From Candidatus Poribacteria bacterium (lineage in GTDB: Bacteria; Poribacteria; WGA-4E; PCPOR2b), in contig OZ244587.1 in NCBI GenBank assembly GCA_965218095.1, positions 3,392,001-3,456,000 of the forward strand: a stretch of 64,000 bases of DNA, given 5' to 3'. The notes under the pieces were generated by a model. That model ran no database searches. It had not been told where the DNA came from and saw only the letters and a program-made list of their open reading frames with translations. A program made the translations under genes and the position numbers. This document shows, piece by piece, positions 49,747 to 61,289 of the stretch (position 1 is the first letter of the stretch; each line of letters opens with the position of its first letter).

Positions 49747-51180
49747 ATGAAGAAAACTCCGAGACAACTGCTTACACTTATCTTTTTGATTTCAGGGGTG
49801 ATTTGGCAGATGACGCATGCGGATTCCGGGGTGGCTAACCCGCTGGGTGTGACTGGAGAGGGACTGCTAGGCGTCGAATCCATCGCGGACCTAGACCGGC
49901 GGGCAAGTCTCCACTTTGCCATTATGAGCGACAACAAGGGCGACTCACCCCTCAGTAGCGTGGAATTTGCCCGAATGACTGCCTGGATTCGGGAAGGAAA
50001 TTCCACCTTTGTGGTGGGCTTGGGAGACCACCTCAAATATCGCTGGGAAAATACCTTCATCCCCTGGCTACAATCCGAGCCCTGGTGGCGCGAGCACTTC
50101 TACCCCAACGTTGCGGATGGTGAGAACGAATACTACAGTCCGACCCACAGACAGTCGGACTACGGCGAGGGTGCACCGTTACTCGACTTGGTGGAACTGG
50201 AAGCCCATGCCAGCGTTATTCGTCCGAACAAATCAGAATACTATGCCCAGATTTCAGTCGGAGATTATACCGTTCATCTGATTCAAATCCACTTTTCAGA
50301 TCAGCCCGAGGATGCAGCGGTAGCGTTCCCGGAAACCAGCCGGGTGTGGATGATCGAAACCCTCAAAGGCATCGAGAAAGGGGACAAGGACTTCATCATG
50401 GTGGGGGCGCATTCACGGGCGGGGTCATGGGACATGGTACTTTCTCCAGAACGACGTGAATTCCTGTTCAACAAGGTGGATCTGATTCTCTCTGCTACGA
50501 CCCACAGATTTGAGGCATGGGTGCCGGAGGGATTTGAGGAGGGACGCGCTGTCTGCATCAACACCGGGGCTGTGAACTATCCTGGACACATGACCCCCAA
50601 CGGTTATGTCGAAATCCATGTAATCGAATCGGCGGGCGTTGTGGGACAGTACATTGACCTCACGCAGCCCAGTCGGCGGCTCCAGCGGACGCCCTTTGCC
50701 TGGATTAAACCCAAAGACGGCCCCATGCGCCACCTCAACCTCCGACCACCTGCCGCCGATGACGCCAGTGTCGAACCAATTGCCAATCTCAGCGAACCTC
50801 TCGACGTAGTACAGATCAATCAGGCGCTCTCTGCGCTGCTCAGAGAAAAAACTGGCGCCGATTTTGCCCTGGTGGGTGCACGAAATGGCCTTGACCGGGG
50901 ACCGATAACTCAAGAGCAGGCGTGGCGGGTTTTTGAGAAGAACATTAACCTCCAGGTCATTCGCGTCCCCATGGCCAAACTGAACACCGTCCTCGATCTT
51001 CTGAAACAACTGCCCGTTCCCCTGGGCAAAGACCACATCCGTATTGCAGCGCCCCATCCCAACATCACCTACATCATCAATTATGCTGGCCTTACGTGCG
51101 ATGCCGTTGAGCCCCAGGCGTTGGACGAAAAGGGGCTGCGGCAGGTTAATTTGCTCATCGAATGGCTGAACGCCCGGTGA
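49747..51180 (+). CDS. Secreted metallophosphoesterase-like protein with 5'-nucleotidase-C-like tail
   Basis: Signal peptide; FAIMSDNKG and GLGDH motifs; later motifs divergent. Confidence 0.6.
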   Translation: MKKTPRQLLTLIFLISGVIWQMTHADSGVANPLGVTGEGLLGVESIADLDRRASLHFAIMSDNKGDSPLSSVEFARMTAWIREGNSTFVVGLGDHLKYRWENTFIPWLQSEPWWREHFYPNVADGENEYYSPTHRQSDYGEGAPLLDLVELEAHASVIRPNKSEYYAQISVGDYTVHLIQIHFSDQPEDAAVAFPETSRVWMIETLKGIEKGDKDFIMVGAHSRAGSWDMVLSPERREFLFNKVDLILSATTHRFEAWVPEGFEEGRAVCINTGAVNYPGHMTPNGYVEIHVIESAGVVGQYIDLTQPSRRLQRTPFAWIKPKDGPMRHLNLRPPAADDASVEPIANLSEPLDVVQINQALSALLREKTGADFALVGARNGLDRGPITQEQAWRVFEKNINLQVIRVPMAKLNTVLDLLKQLPVPLGKDHIRIAAPHPNITYIINYAGLTCDAVEPQALDEKGLRQVNLLIEWLNAR

Positions 51181-51299
51181 CCTTATGTCAAGGCGATTGG
51201 ATATTTTCTATTTTCTGAATATTGACCTCACGAATAAGACAGGGCGTATTTTAGCTTGCCCAACGATATTGACTGTCAATGCGCAAAAGGAGGCTAACA

Positions 51300-51680
51300 A
51301 TGATTAATAAAATTCACAAGATAGCTCTGGTTACTGACGACGTCGAGGGTGCTGTCAAATTTTATACCCAGACACTGGGACTGGAAATTATCGAGCGTTT
51401 CCCCGTCGAAGACGATGAGGACTACGTTTTTCTGAAAGCCGGCGACATGATCTTAGAACTGATGCCGAAAAAATCAATACAGGCGGAAGAAGGCTTCCAC
51501 CATATATCCTTCAGGGTCGATAGCGTCGATACCAGCGTGCAAGCGTTGAAGGACAAGGGAGTACCCATCGAGGTAGAACCGTTCGACACCGGTGTCGGAG
51601 GCATTCGTCTGGCGTTCTTCAAAGGTCCGAATGAGATGCTTTTGCAGTTGTTCGAGCGGAATCCACAGGAAGGAAGATAA
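51300..51680 (+). CDS. VOC / glyoxalase family protein
   Basis: FYTQTLGL, ILEL, HHISFRV, AFFKGP. Confidence 0.88.
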   Translation: MINKIHKIALVTDDVEGAVKFYTQTLGLEIIERFPVEDDEDYVFLKAGDMILELMPKKSIQAEEGFHHISFRVDSVDTSVQALKDKGVPIEVEPFDTGVGGIRLAFFKGPNEMLLQLFERNPQEGR

Positions 51681-52070
51681 TGTCTACGCTGTCCATACCA
51701 CGCCACCGTTTGGGGCGAACAGAACTAAATATTCCTGTCATCCTGTTCGGGACTATGGGATTCAGTAACCATTTTGGATTCGTTTCCGATGAAGACGCTG
51801 TTGCCCTAATCAAGCACGCCATCAGCATTGGCGTCAATCACTTTGACGGCGCTCGCTGCTATGGGAATTCAATGCGTAAACTCGGCCTGGCGCTAAAGGA
51901 AATCCCCCGCGAGGACGTAATTATTACGGGGCGTGTCTGTTGCCATTCCGGGGCGGAATGGGGCGGATACGGTGAGGGGACGCCGGATTACTCTGCCGTG
52001 CGCGTGATTGCAGACGTCGAAGATTAGTTGCAATTGCTCGGCGCCGACTATTCTTACAGTGTACTACATC
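51680..52070 (+). pseudogene. Truncated aldo/keto reductase
   Basis: LGRTEL...GVNHFDGARCYG; TAG at 52025, reading continues LQLLGADY, then similarity ends. Confidence 0.75.
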
Positions 52071-52122
52071 GGAGTCAGTGCATATTCGAAGGTTTATGAA
52101 TACTCAGATTGGAGGATATATC

Positions 52123-53127
52123 ATGGCAAAATATCGAGTTGGCGTTATTGGGTGTCGCGGTATCGGCGCCAGGCATGCATCCGGTTTGGTTGGTCTGACC
52201 AATGTAGAGTTGGTTGCTGCTTGCGATATTTCGCAAAGTACACTGGAAAGCTTCAAGGAACATTGGAAGGATGAGTGGCCGAACATTGCGCTCTACACAG
52301 ACCACCAGGAAATGCTGGCGAGGGAAAACCTGGATATCGTGACGGTGGCAACCTCTGACCATCGGCACGCCGATCTGGTGGTGAACGCCGCCAATGCGGG
52401 CGCGAAGGGCGTTTTCTGCGAAAAGCCGATGGCGACGAGTCTGGTTGATGCCGATCGTATGATTGAAGCCGTCGAGCGCAATGGCGCAATTTTGTCCATT
52501 GACCATACCCGCAGATGGCAGCCGCTGTGGCGGCATACCAAAGAAGAGGTGGTCGGAGGGGGCGCGATCGGACCAGTCCAGTACATCATCGGCACATTGA
52601 GTGGGAGGCGTGCCATGCTGTTCCGCAACGGCACTCACCTAATCGACGCGATTTGCTATTTCGCGGAATCTGACCCGGAGTGGGTTGTCGCCGAGTTGGA
52701 AGCCGGGTACGAAGATTACTGGGAATATCGGGGTGATGGTGGGCATGATCCGAAAACGGAGCCCGCAGTCAGCGGTTACATCCATTTTGCCAACGGCGTC
52801 CGCGGATTTTACGCGGGCGGATCTAAGACCACCCCGGCCCCGAAATTCCGCGTTGAAATCGTTGGCGCCACGGGCTATATCCTTATTGATAACCAAAAAG
52901 CAATCATCCAGAAAGGGGATACGTCCGAGGCCATCAAGCCGCCAGTGTGGCCGGTCGAGGGAATACCCGCCGGCGTCCAGGAATTGGTTCGCTTGGTTGA
53001 TGAGGGTGGGGAACCCCTATCATCGGGCAAAGATGGACACAAGGTTGTCGAGATCATCATCGGCTTTTTGGAATCCCAACGCCGGGACAACGCGAAAGTC
53101 CCTATACCCGTTCCTCGCAATCGATGA
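52123..53127 (+). CDS. Gfo/Idh/MocA oxidoreductase
   Basis: GVIGCRGIG, FCEKPMA, GTHLID. Confidence 0.92.
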   Translation: MAKYRVGVIGCRGIGARHASGLVGLTNVELVAACDISQSTLESFKEHWKDEWPNIALYTDHQEMLARENLDIVTVATSDHRHADLVVNAANAGAKGVFCEKPMATSLVDADRMIEAVERNGAILSIDHTRRWQPLWRHTKEEVVGGGAIGPVQYIIGTLSGRRAMLFRNGTHLIDAICYFAESDPEWVVAELEAGYEDYWEYRGDGGHDPKTEPAVSGYIHFANGVRGFYAGGSKTTPAPKFRVEIVGATGYILIDNQKAIIQKGDTSEAIKPPVWPVEGIPAGVQELVRLVDEGGEPLSSGKDGHKVVEIIIGFLESQRRDNAKVPIPVPRNR

Positions 53128-53930
53128 GGCGAATACGGATGTTCAAAATGGCACTGACAACCGCACAGAAAGACTTCTTTGATCACAACGGTTACGTGGT
53201 GATACGACAACTATTTTCTGACGAAGCGATTCAGCTGCTTCGTCAGCGGGCGGACGAGATTGCGACGGGAAAGGCGCCCCATGTGCCGGACGACTGTGTA
53301 CAGGTCGAGCCGAAGATTCAGCACGGTGAGGTCACGGTTGAGGACAGGGTGCTTTCTATCCGAAAACTGTATAAACTGCATTGGGTTGATGATGTGATGC
53401 AGGCCCATGCCACTCATCCGAAGATCGTGGACATTATCGAAGATCTGTTTGATTGGCCTAATATCAAGGTCTACAACGACCAGCTCTTTATGAAGGCGCC
53501 GCAGCACGGCTCCCGTCAGGGGTATCATCAAGACTCCCAGTCATGGAAGCAATGGATTTTTCCCCATGACCTGATCAGTTGCTGGGCGGCGCTGGACGAC
53601 GCGACGATCGAAAACGGGTGTCTGTGGATGATCCCCGGTAGCCACAAATCGGGACTTCTTGACAGAGAACGGTTGCGGGAAATTGAACAGATGGCGCAGG
53701 AAGAAAAGCTCGGTGAAGCCGGGCTCCGGGAAGATCCGGTAGAGTTGAAAGCTGGCGACTGTTCCTTCCATCACAGTCTGATCCTCCATTGCAGCCATGC
53801 CAATCGATCTTCCCGTCGCCGACGGGGGTATGCGACGCACTACATGCGGTCGGAATCCCAGTATGTCGGCACAGACAAAAAACCGAAATATATTCTCGTG
53901 CGAGGGCGAGAATTTGCCGGGTGCGTTTAA
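53124..53930 (+). CDS. Phytanoyl-CoA dioxygenase (PhyH) family (start uncertain)
   Basis: YHQD, ALDDATIENGCLWMIPGSHK, LHCS..N.S...RR. Confidence 0.92.
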   Translation: MRRIRMFKMALTTAQKDFFDHNGYVVIRQLFSDEAIQLLRQRADEIATGKAPHVPDDCVQVEPKIQHGEVTVEDRVLSIRKLYKLHWVDDVMQAHATHPKIVDIIEDLFDWPNIKVYNDQLFMKAPQHGSRQGYHQDSQSWKQWIFPHDLISCWAALDDATIENGCLWMIPGSHKSGLLDRERLREIEQMAQEEKLGEAGLREDPVELKAGDCSFHHSLILHCSHANRSSRRRRGYATHYMRSESQYVGTDKKPKYILVRGREFAGCV

Positions 53931-53959
53931 CGACTATTTTTACAGTGAAAAGAAACCTT

Positions 53960-54976
53960 ATGAGCGAAATCGGAAGCAGACTGGTATTTGTCGGGACGAA
54001 CAGCGTGGAGGTTGAAACCTTTGATGTCCCTGATCCGGGGCCGGGGCAGATCCTGGTGCGTGTCCATCGCAGTCAAGTCAGTGCGGGAAGTGAGAAGAAC
54101 GCCCTACTTGGGGCTTCAAGTTCAGACGCCCGCCGTCCTACGGGCTATACAACGGTCGGTGAAGTACTTGCCGTCGGATCGGGGCGGGAAGATTTTGACC
54201 CCGACGACAGGGTTCTCGCTTTCGGAAACCATGGATCCCATTGGCTGGTTGATCCGGCTGCGGACACCGAAGCAGGTTCGCCAATTCAACGCGTTGAATA
54301 CGACATCACTGATGAGCAAGCAGCCTTTGCGGTTCTTGGTGACGTGTCCCTCCATGGCGTTCGGCGTGCCCAGCTTCAGATTGATGAATCCGTCACCATT
54401 TTTGGGGGTGGCGTGGTCGGACAACTGGTAACGGCTTTCTGTCGTCTTTCTGGGGCTTACCCGATCATCGCTATCGATTTAGACGCCGAGCGCCTGAGCC
54501 TGGCGAAGAAGAGTGGGGCAACACACACCGTGCATGCGTCAAATGTTGATCCGGTTGAAACCGTCCGTGAAATCACCGGCGATGGTGCGCAGTGCGTTTT
54601 CCACGCAACCCGTGACCCAAAGGTTCTCGTCCCTTGCATGAAGGCGGCCTCAAACCGGGGAAAAGTGGTTCTGGTCGGAAGCCCGCCGGGGACTGTAGAA
54701 ATCGGGCTTCAGGTCGAACTGCTCCGTCGGGAACTGGATATCCGAGGCGTCTACGAGCGGGGGCTGGAAAATAATCCGCATCCGTATTGGCCATGGACAC
54801 GCCAACGCAATCGAAAGGCGGTCATGCGGTTAATCGCTAACGGAGACCTTCAGGTAGACCATCTCATCAGCCATGTGGCCAAACCTGAAGAAGCAAATGA
54901 GATCTTTCAAAAAATCCTGGATGGTCCTGAAGGCTGGATGAGCGTGTTCTTTGATTGGACCCACAAACAGCCGTAG
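53960..54976 (+). CDS. Zinc-binding alcohol dehydrogenase-like (MDR) protein
   Basis: SQVSAGSE, GYTTVGEV, GGGVVGQL. Confidence 0.85.
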   Translation: MSEIGSRLVFVGTNSVEVETFDVPDPGPGQILVRVHRSQVSAGSEKNALLGASSSDARRPTGYTTVGEVLAVGSGREDFDPDDRVLAFGNHGSHWLVDPAADTEAGSPIQRVEYDITDEQAAFAVLGDVSLHGVRRAQLQIDESVTIFGGGVVGQLVTAFCRLSGAYPIIAIDLDAERLSLAKKSGATHTVHASNVDPVETVREITGDGAQCVFHATRDPKVLVPCMKAASNRGKVVLVGSPPGTVEIGLQVELLRRELDIRGVYERGLENNPHPYWPWTRQRNRKAVMRLIANGDLQVDHLISHVAKPEEANEIFQKILDGPEGWMSVFFDWTHKQP

Positions 54977-55034
54977 GCGTACGATTCTTCTGTTACGGAA
55001 TGACATCTTTCACTTCGCGTCAGAGGGGAAAACA

Positions 55035-56252
55035 ATGAACGACAAAAGACATTATCGCCATCGCGCATTGACCATCTGCACACTTGGGGGTACAGGACAC
55101 GGCAAAACAACGCTGACCACAGCGATGATAAAGGTAGTTTCACGAATTGGCTCAACACAAATGAGTGCGGAGGGATTTGAAATGCAGGAGCCGACGCACC
55201 ATTCGATAGGGACGCAGGTTTACATTAGTCATAGAGCGGTCGATTATGAGACAAGTGGCAGACACTACATGCATATTGACAACCTGAGTCATGCAGACAA
55301 TGTTAAGATGTTAGTCAGTGGTGCGCTGCCGATTCGTGGGGCGATTTGGGTGGTCAATGCGGTTGATGGTGTAACGGAGGAAGCCGAAGCCCAGATCCGT
55401 CTTGCGAGTCAAGTCCGTGTGCCTGCGATTGTCACGTTCCTGAACAAGAGCGAGAAAGCCAAAGATCTAGAATTAATCGAGATCTGCGAGATGGAGATTC
55501 GTGAGATGCTCACGAATTGCGGTTACGCAGATGAGGAATCGCCTATTATCATTGGCGATGCTGCGAAGGCACTCAGCTATAAAGGGCAGAACCTTAATTC
55601 AGATCACTGGAAACCGATCGTCGATCTCATCTTTGCGATGAATCGATGCATACCTCAGCCGCTCAACCCATTAGATCTACCGCTGCTAATGCCCATCCGC
55701 AAGGTCATCAACGACCCTAAAGGCGCCTCATCGTTGTACGGTGAGTTGCTTCAAGGAAGACTCGCAGTTGGCAACCCGGTTGATGTTGTCGGTAAAGGAG
55801 ATCGAATCAAGACCCGCTGCGTCGAGTTGCGACATGGCGACGTTTCTTCCCCGGCTGGCGAGAAAGATAACGGAGATAGCGAAAGTGGAGAACATGAAAT
55901 TAAAGTTGATGCAGAGCCAGGATGGATCACGCCAGGGCAGGTCGTTTCGGAGCCAAAGCGCATCAAGTCACACGCCGACTTTGAAGCTGCAGTTTACGTC
56001 ATGACGCAGGAGGAGTGCGGGACGCATATTCCCCTCGTTGGGAACGATAAGCCGGAGATTCACCTCTGGACAATCGACGTTACCGGCCATCTACACCTGC
56101 CATCAGAGGTTGCCATTATCAATCCAGGTGAACACGCAACAATACGAATCTCACTCGATACACCGATGGCGATGGAGGTCGGCACACAGTTTGAGATCAA
56201 GAAGATGGGGATAAAGATTGGGATGGGGGTCGTGACGGAGATCGTGGCGTAG
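55035..56252 (+). CDS. Diverged elongation factor Tu paralogue
   Basis: GHGKTTLT, YET..RHY.H.D, FLNK, E.CEMEIREML, PLLMPI, three-domain EF-Tu layout ending G.GVVTEI. Confidence 0.88.
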   Translation: MNDKRHYRHRALTICTLGGTGHGKTTLTTAMIKVVSRIGSTQMSAEGFEMQEPTHHSIGTQVYISHRAVDYETSGRHYMHIDNLSHADNVKMLVSGALPIRGAIWVVNAVDGVTEEAEAQIRLASQVRVPAIVTFLNKSEKAKDLELIEICEMEIREMLTNCGYADEESPIIIGDAAKALSYKGQNLNSDHWKPIVDLIFAMNRCIPQPLNPLDLPLLMPIRKVINDPKGASSLYGELLQGRLAVGNPVDVVGKGDRIKTRCVELRHGDVSSPAGEKDNGDSESGEHEIKVDAEPGWITPGQVVSEPKRIKSHADFEAAVYVMTQEECGTHIPLVGNDKPEIHLWTIDVTGHLHLPSEVAIINPGEHATIRISLDTPMAMEVGTQFEIKKMGIKIGMGVVTEIVA

Positions 56253-56418
56253 CATCAATCTGTTGGAATAGAAACTGAGGTATTATTTCACAAAACGTGC
56301 TTGAAGACAAGAAAAAATGCTCTGCCACGAAAACCGTGGATTTGCCAATCCACACCGAGCGGTGTGTGTCGATCATCATGTTGACTAAAACCTGCGCCAT
56401 TTACTAGCGTGAAAAGTT

Positions 56419-56530
56419 TCAACCGGTTCTATGCGAAAAATAAAGGCCTATTGCCAACCCTTCATCGCGGAATGCGTTTATTACTTCGTCGGTAATGTCT
56501 GCATGTGGATTGCTGTGAATGTGGATTGCT
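56419..56530 (-). pseudogene. Alpha-L-fucosidase (GH29)-like fragment
   Basis: ADITDEVINAFRDEGLAIGLYFSH matches the GH29 AFR..GL..GLYFS pattern. Confidence 0.5.
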
Positions 56531-56575
56531 GTGAAAAGGACACTCTGGACTCGTGATTTTATAATCTGACAGTAT

Positions 56576-59007
56576 TCAATTCCGCAACGGTTTCCCCGTC
56601 TTGAGGGTATGCTCAATCCGCTGCTGCGTTTTTTCCTCACCGCATAAACTCAGAAGCGCTTCCCGCTCAAGGTCGAGAATGTACTGCTCGGACACAAACT
56701 GCGCTGCGGAAAGTTCACCGCCGGAAAGGACATACGCCAACTGATTGGCGATCTTCACGTCGTAGTCGCTGACATTCTCCGCACGATGCCTGAGATGAAC
56801 CTCCAGCTTGAGCCACGCGATTCCTGATTCGCCCTGCACAAAAACCTTCCTCGGCTGCGGTTGCTGATACCCGTTTGCTGCCATCGCCTGTACTCTCTGT
56901 TTGGCATCGTAGAGGTGATGCGCCCGATTGATCGAAATCCCGTCCGTATCATGGAGATAGCCGAGCGTTTTCGCATGTGCGCCACTCTCAGACACTTTGC
57001 AGTAGGCGATTGTTTCAAAAGCGTGCTTGAGGTACGGAAATGCATCCGTGCTAGCATCCAACGGCATAGCTTCCAAGCAGCGGATGGCGATCTCCTTTGT
57101 GCCACCGCCGGCGGGGATGAGGCCCACACGGACTTCGACGAGCCCCATGTAGGTTTCAGCCGCAGAATAGACCCCATCTGCACTAAGCGCAATCTCACAG
57201 CCACCCCCGAAGGTCATACCCGCGGGGGCAGCAACGACCGGTTTCGGGGAAAGCCTAAGCCGCATGTTTGCGCTTTGGAAGGCACGGACCATCGCGTCGA
57301 TGGCGTCCCAGTCTTTGTTTTGCGCCCGTTTAAGCATCAGAGCGAGATTGGCACCGACCGAAAAGTTGTCGGCGTGATTCCCGATGACGAGTCCCGCAAA
57401 ATTCCGATCCACCTCATCAAGGGCTTCGACTATCATCTCGATGATTGGGTGATCTATCGCGTTCATCTTGGTATGAAACTCAAGGCATGCCACGCTATCT
57501 CCGATATCAACGAGACTCGCGTCCGAATTTGATTTCACGACCTTTCCGTTTGCCTTGAGATCGGAGAGGTTGATAACCTCCGGGCGGCTTTCGATCTCAC
57601 GATAGTTGTTCGCGCCGAGATCGAAATAGGCTTTGACTTTGGAGTGCGAAAACTCTGTTTTCGCGTAGAATGAATTATGCCCTGCCTCCAGCAGATTGGC
57701 GACGAGCGGCGGGATGGGGTGTCCTTCAGATTTTATTGGTTCAACGGATTCCGGCACACCGATCGCATCCCACGTTTCAAAAATCCCAAGTTCCCAGTTG
57801 AACCCCCACTTCATCACGTTGTCAATACTAACCAGATCGTCGGAGATCTCGGAGATACGCGCCGCCGCATAAATCATGGTGTTGCTGAGGCACCTCCACG
57901 CAAACTGTCCCGCGCGGTCTTCACTGTAAACGAGTTGCTTAATCCGTTCCCCTGCGTCAGCAACCCGTTTGACCGTATTGAGCGAATCAAACTGGACTTT
58001 GGAACGTGGCACGTATTCAAGTGTGTTATAGTCGAGTGTCCAGATCTCGCTGCCCGCTTCCCCGCGACGTTTTGATAGAAGCCCTGACCCTTTTTATCAC
58101 CGAGCCAGCCCTTTTCAATCATTTGTGAAATGAAATTGGGAATGCGAAAGATCTCACGTCGCTCATCATCGGGGACAGATTCGTAGAGGTTGTTCACCAC
58201 ATCGACGAGAATATCAATCCCAATAAGGTCGCCTAAGCGAAAGGTCGCGCTTAGGGGGCGTCCCATCGGCGGACCCGTAATTGCATCGACCTCATCGATC
58301 GTGTATCCTTCTTCGAGCATCAGGTGGGTGGCGTACATAATCGTGAAGGCGCCGACCCGGTTGGCGATGAAGTTCGGCGTATCTTTACAGCGGACGATTC
58401 CTTTGCCGAGAACTCGCTCCGCGAAATCGGAGATGAATTCGACCAGATCTTGGCGGGTTTTATCTGTCGGAATGATTTCGATCAGGTGCATGTAACGCGG
58501 TGGATTGAAGAAATGCGTTCCCAAAAAGCATTCTTTGTAATCCTCCGAGAGGTTTTCAGCGATGGCGCAGATCGAGATTCCCGATGTATTGGTGCTGACA
58601 AGTGTACCGTGAATGCGATGCTGATCAATCAGCGCGTGAACCCCCTTCTTGACATCAAGGTCTTCGACTACCGCCTCAATGATCCAGTCCGCCTCCACCA
58701 GCCAGTCAGCGCGATCACTCAAATTCCCCACCCGAATCAACTGTGCGGTGTCGGGGGCGTAAAACGGAGATCGGGTTTTCGCGCTTTTCATCCAATCTAG
58801 CGCGGCTTGCGAAATCCGATTCCGCACGGCGAGGCTATCAAGCGTTAGGTTATTGGCGCGTTCTTCAGCTGTGAGTTCGGTGGGGGAAATATCCAGCAGG
58901 TCGCACGGAATCCCGACGTTGGCGATATGGGCGGCAATCTGCGAACCCATCGTTCCGGCGCCAATCACAGTGACTTTCCTTATTTTTCGGTATTTCTTAT
59001 GTTTCAA
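56576..59007 (-). pseudogene. 3-hydroxyacyl-CoA dehydrogenase / enoyl-CoA hydratase (FadN-like), split by a 1-nt frameshift
   Basis: GAGTMG, HFFNPPRYM, FIANR in one frame; FSVGANL, GGGCE in another; frames join at the T run 58070-58073. Confidence 0.88.
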
Positions 59008-59682
59008 ACGAATCACCCTTTCCGTTAAAGCAACAAAAAAGCCCGGTGAGTGCCGGGCGAAATTTGGAAACGTTGTACTTTCGCAATATGCTACATCCCC
59101 CAAACCATCATCGTTTTTCCGCGATAGCTTTCTGCCCGACGGAAAATCTTCTCCTCCCACGCTTTGGCCACGTCTCGGTCAAAGATTACCAGATGCCCCT
59201 CTTCGGTACGGTACGGATCAACCCGAGATCTCGCACATACTGGATGTCGTCTGTGGGAATGAGATTCGGATTGCCCGTTCCCGCTAACATCAGTTCAATT
59301 ACTCACTGGACGCGAGTTTCGGACAGCTTATCCACCAACTGGTCAATGGTGGAAGGCAATAGTGTTTTTCAGGCCGAACAGGACCTGCGGTATTAAAAAA
59401 ACGCATCTCAAACCTTCTCTCGTCTCAATAGCCGAAGGAAAAACTAGCGATAGATAGAATACAACAGCTTTTAACAGATGTCAAGCAGACAAAAAGGGTG
59501 TTTTTCGGTGGATTTTTGTATTGGTCAGGAAGATGGTAGACATTATCTCCTACAATTTGCGGCTTGGATTTGGCGAGCAAAAGTGTCGATCATCCTATTG
59601 ACCATTACATTTTCGGTGAATTTTCCAAAAACTGTTTCCGCTACTTGCCCATTTGGCTCGAGCCAAGACTGTTTCGTTTCTG

Positions 59683-61236
59683 TCATTCTTCCGGCTTGCA
59701 ATTCCCTGATTTTCTCATTTCCTCATCCTCCTGTCTGCTGAATTGCGTGAGTACATCCCCGATTTTATCTTGCAGCGCACGACGTGGATTGGAAGCGCTG
59801 ACATAATGACTCATTAAAATGGAGAAAGCCAGTATTTCACCATCCGCTGTTGGGGTATAGCCGGCGAGCGCCGTGACGCCTCTCAACGTCCCCGTTTTGG
59901 CGCGTAAAACCCCTTCTGAAGCCATGCCTTTCATCCGCCGTTTTAGCGTCCCATCAACGCCGCCGATCGGCAGGGAGGCAAGATATTCAGGCATCACCTC
60001 AAAGTTACGGAACATATAGAGGAGTAAATCCGTCAGCATAGAAGCTGTTACTAAATTATAGCGGGAAACCCCCGACCCATCAGCAAAGGTATAACGCCCC
60101 GTATCCATCCCAATTTCGTTTAGAAATTCGCTGATCACTTTTAGCCCTTTTTCCGCCGTACCAGGAGTTCCTTTTATTTCTGCGCCAATTGTTTTTAAGA
60201 GGAGTTCGGCGATCAAGTTATCACTTGGTTTGTTCATTTCCCAGAGAATGCGAGATAGCGGCGGCGATATGTGATTTGCGATCTCTGTTAAACCTTCAGG
60301 AACTTCACCATAACGCACATTTCCTTGAAGTGCAACGCCTCTCTGTGCAAGCATCTCTTTTAGCAAAGTCCCACAGTAGAGCGCCGGGTCAACCACATCC
60401 ATACGTCGGATCTTCTCAACACTACCCATTGCCATCGATCCACAAATTGTCAAAACGTTTGCCGCAACGGGTTCCCCCTGTCGTTTGATATTCAGGCGTG
60501 CTTTTTCTGAGGGAGCAACTGTTATTGCTTCATTGATCACTTCCATATATCGCGTTGGTGGTTGAAGATGGGTGTGAACCGAATCGCCGACTTTACTGCC
60601 GGGTGATATGCGCACAAGCACACCGTTATGATTAATCGTCAGCGCACTCAAATGTGAGTAATATCCACCAAGAGGCCCATCGTCCCACATCCAACCTTTG
60701 CCCTTTCTGACGTCGTCAAAATAGGTTTCGTCTACGACAATATCGCCCTGTATATCTTTAACACCCGTTTCCACCAATTTTTCAGTCATCTTCTCCAAAT
60801 CATCATTGGTAAACACCGGATCGCCGCTGCCTTTGAGATACATATTGCCCAGAATGTGACTATCTTCAAGACTATCAACATAAAGCGTAGTATGGAAACG
60901 ATAGTTTGGTTTCAGTTTTACAAGCGCGGTTGCGGCGGTAATCAGTTTCATTGTTGATGCAGGGTGATACAATTTATCGGCGTCTTTCTCATAGAGCACC
61001 TCTCCCGTCGCAAGCGAAATGACTTTCATCCCAACATTCGAGGGAACAAGAAGCGGATCGCGCAGAATGGTTTCAATTTCACCCTGCAATCGCTGGACGG
61101 GTTTCGATGGGTGTTCGGCTTCGGGCACAGGAACTTCGATTGTTGAAGTTGTCCCACAACTGTATAATACAGCACCACAAAACAGTAAGAATAACCAGCG
61201 ACAAGAAGAAAGCTGATCGCGGATATGTTTAATCAT
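59683..61236 (-). CDS. dacB: D-alanyl-D-alanine carboxypeptidase/endopeptidase (PBP4, peptidase S13)
   Basis: PASTMK (SxxK), SDN, DGSG.SR, KTG; lipoprotein-like N-terminus. Confidence 0.93.
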   Translation of the reverse strand: MIKHIRDQLSSCRWLFLLFCGAVLYSCGTTSTIEVPVPEAEHPSKPVQRLQGEIETILRDPLLVPSNVGMKVISLATGEVLYEKDADKLYHPASTMKLITAATALVKLKPNYRFHTTLYVDSLEDSHILGNMYLKGSGDPVFTNDDLEKMTEKLVETGVKDIQGDIVVDETYFDDVRKGKGWMWDDGPLGGYYSHLSALTINHNGVLVRISPGSKVGDSVHTHLQPPTRYMEVINEAITVAPSEKARLNIKRQGEPVAANVLTICGSMAMGSVEKIRRMDVVDPALYCGTLLKEMLAQRGVALQGNVRYGEVPEGLTEIANHISPPLSRILWEMNKPSDNLIAELLLKTIGAEIKGTPGTAEKGLKVISEFLNEIGMDTGRYTFADGSGVSRYNLVTASMLTDLLLYMFRNFEVMPEYLASLPIGGVDGTLKRRMKGMASEGVLRAKTGTLRGVTALAGYTPTADGEILAFSILMSHYVSASNPRRALQDKIGDVLTQFSRQEDEEMRKSGNCKPEE

Positions 61237-61289
61237 AGAGAAATTGATCTTAACCCTCGAATTTTTGCCCTGACAATACCATATTATCT

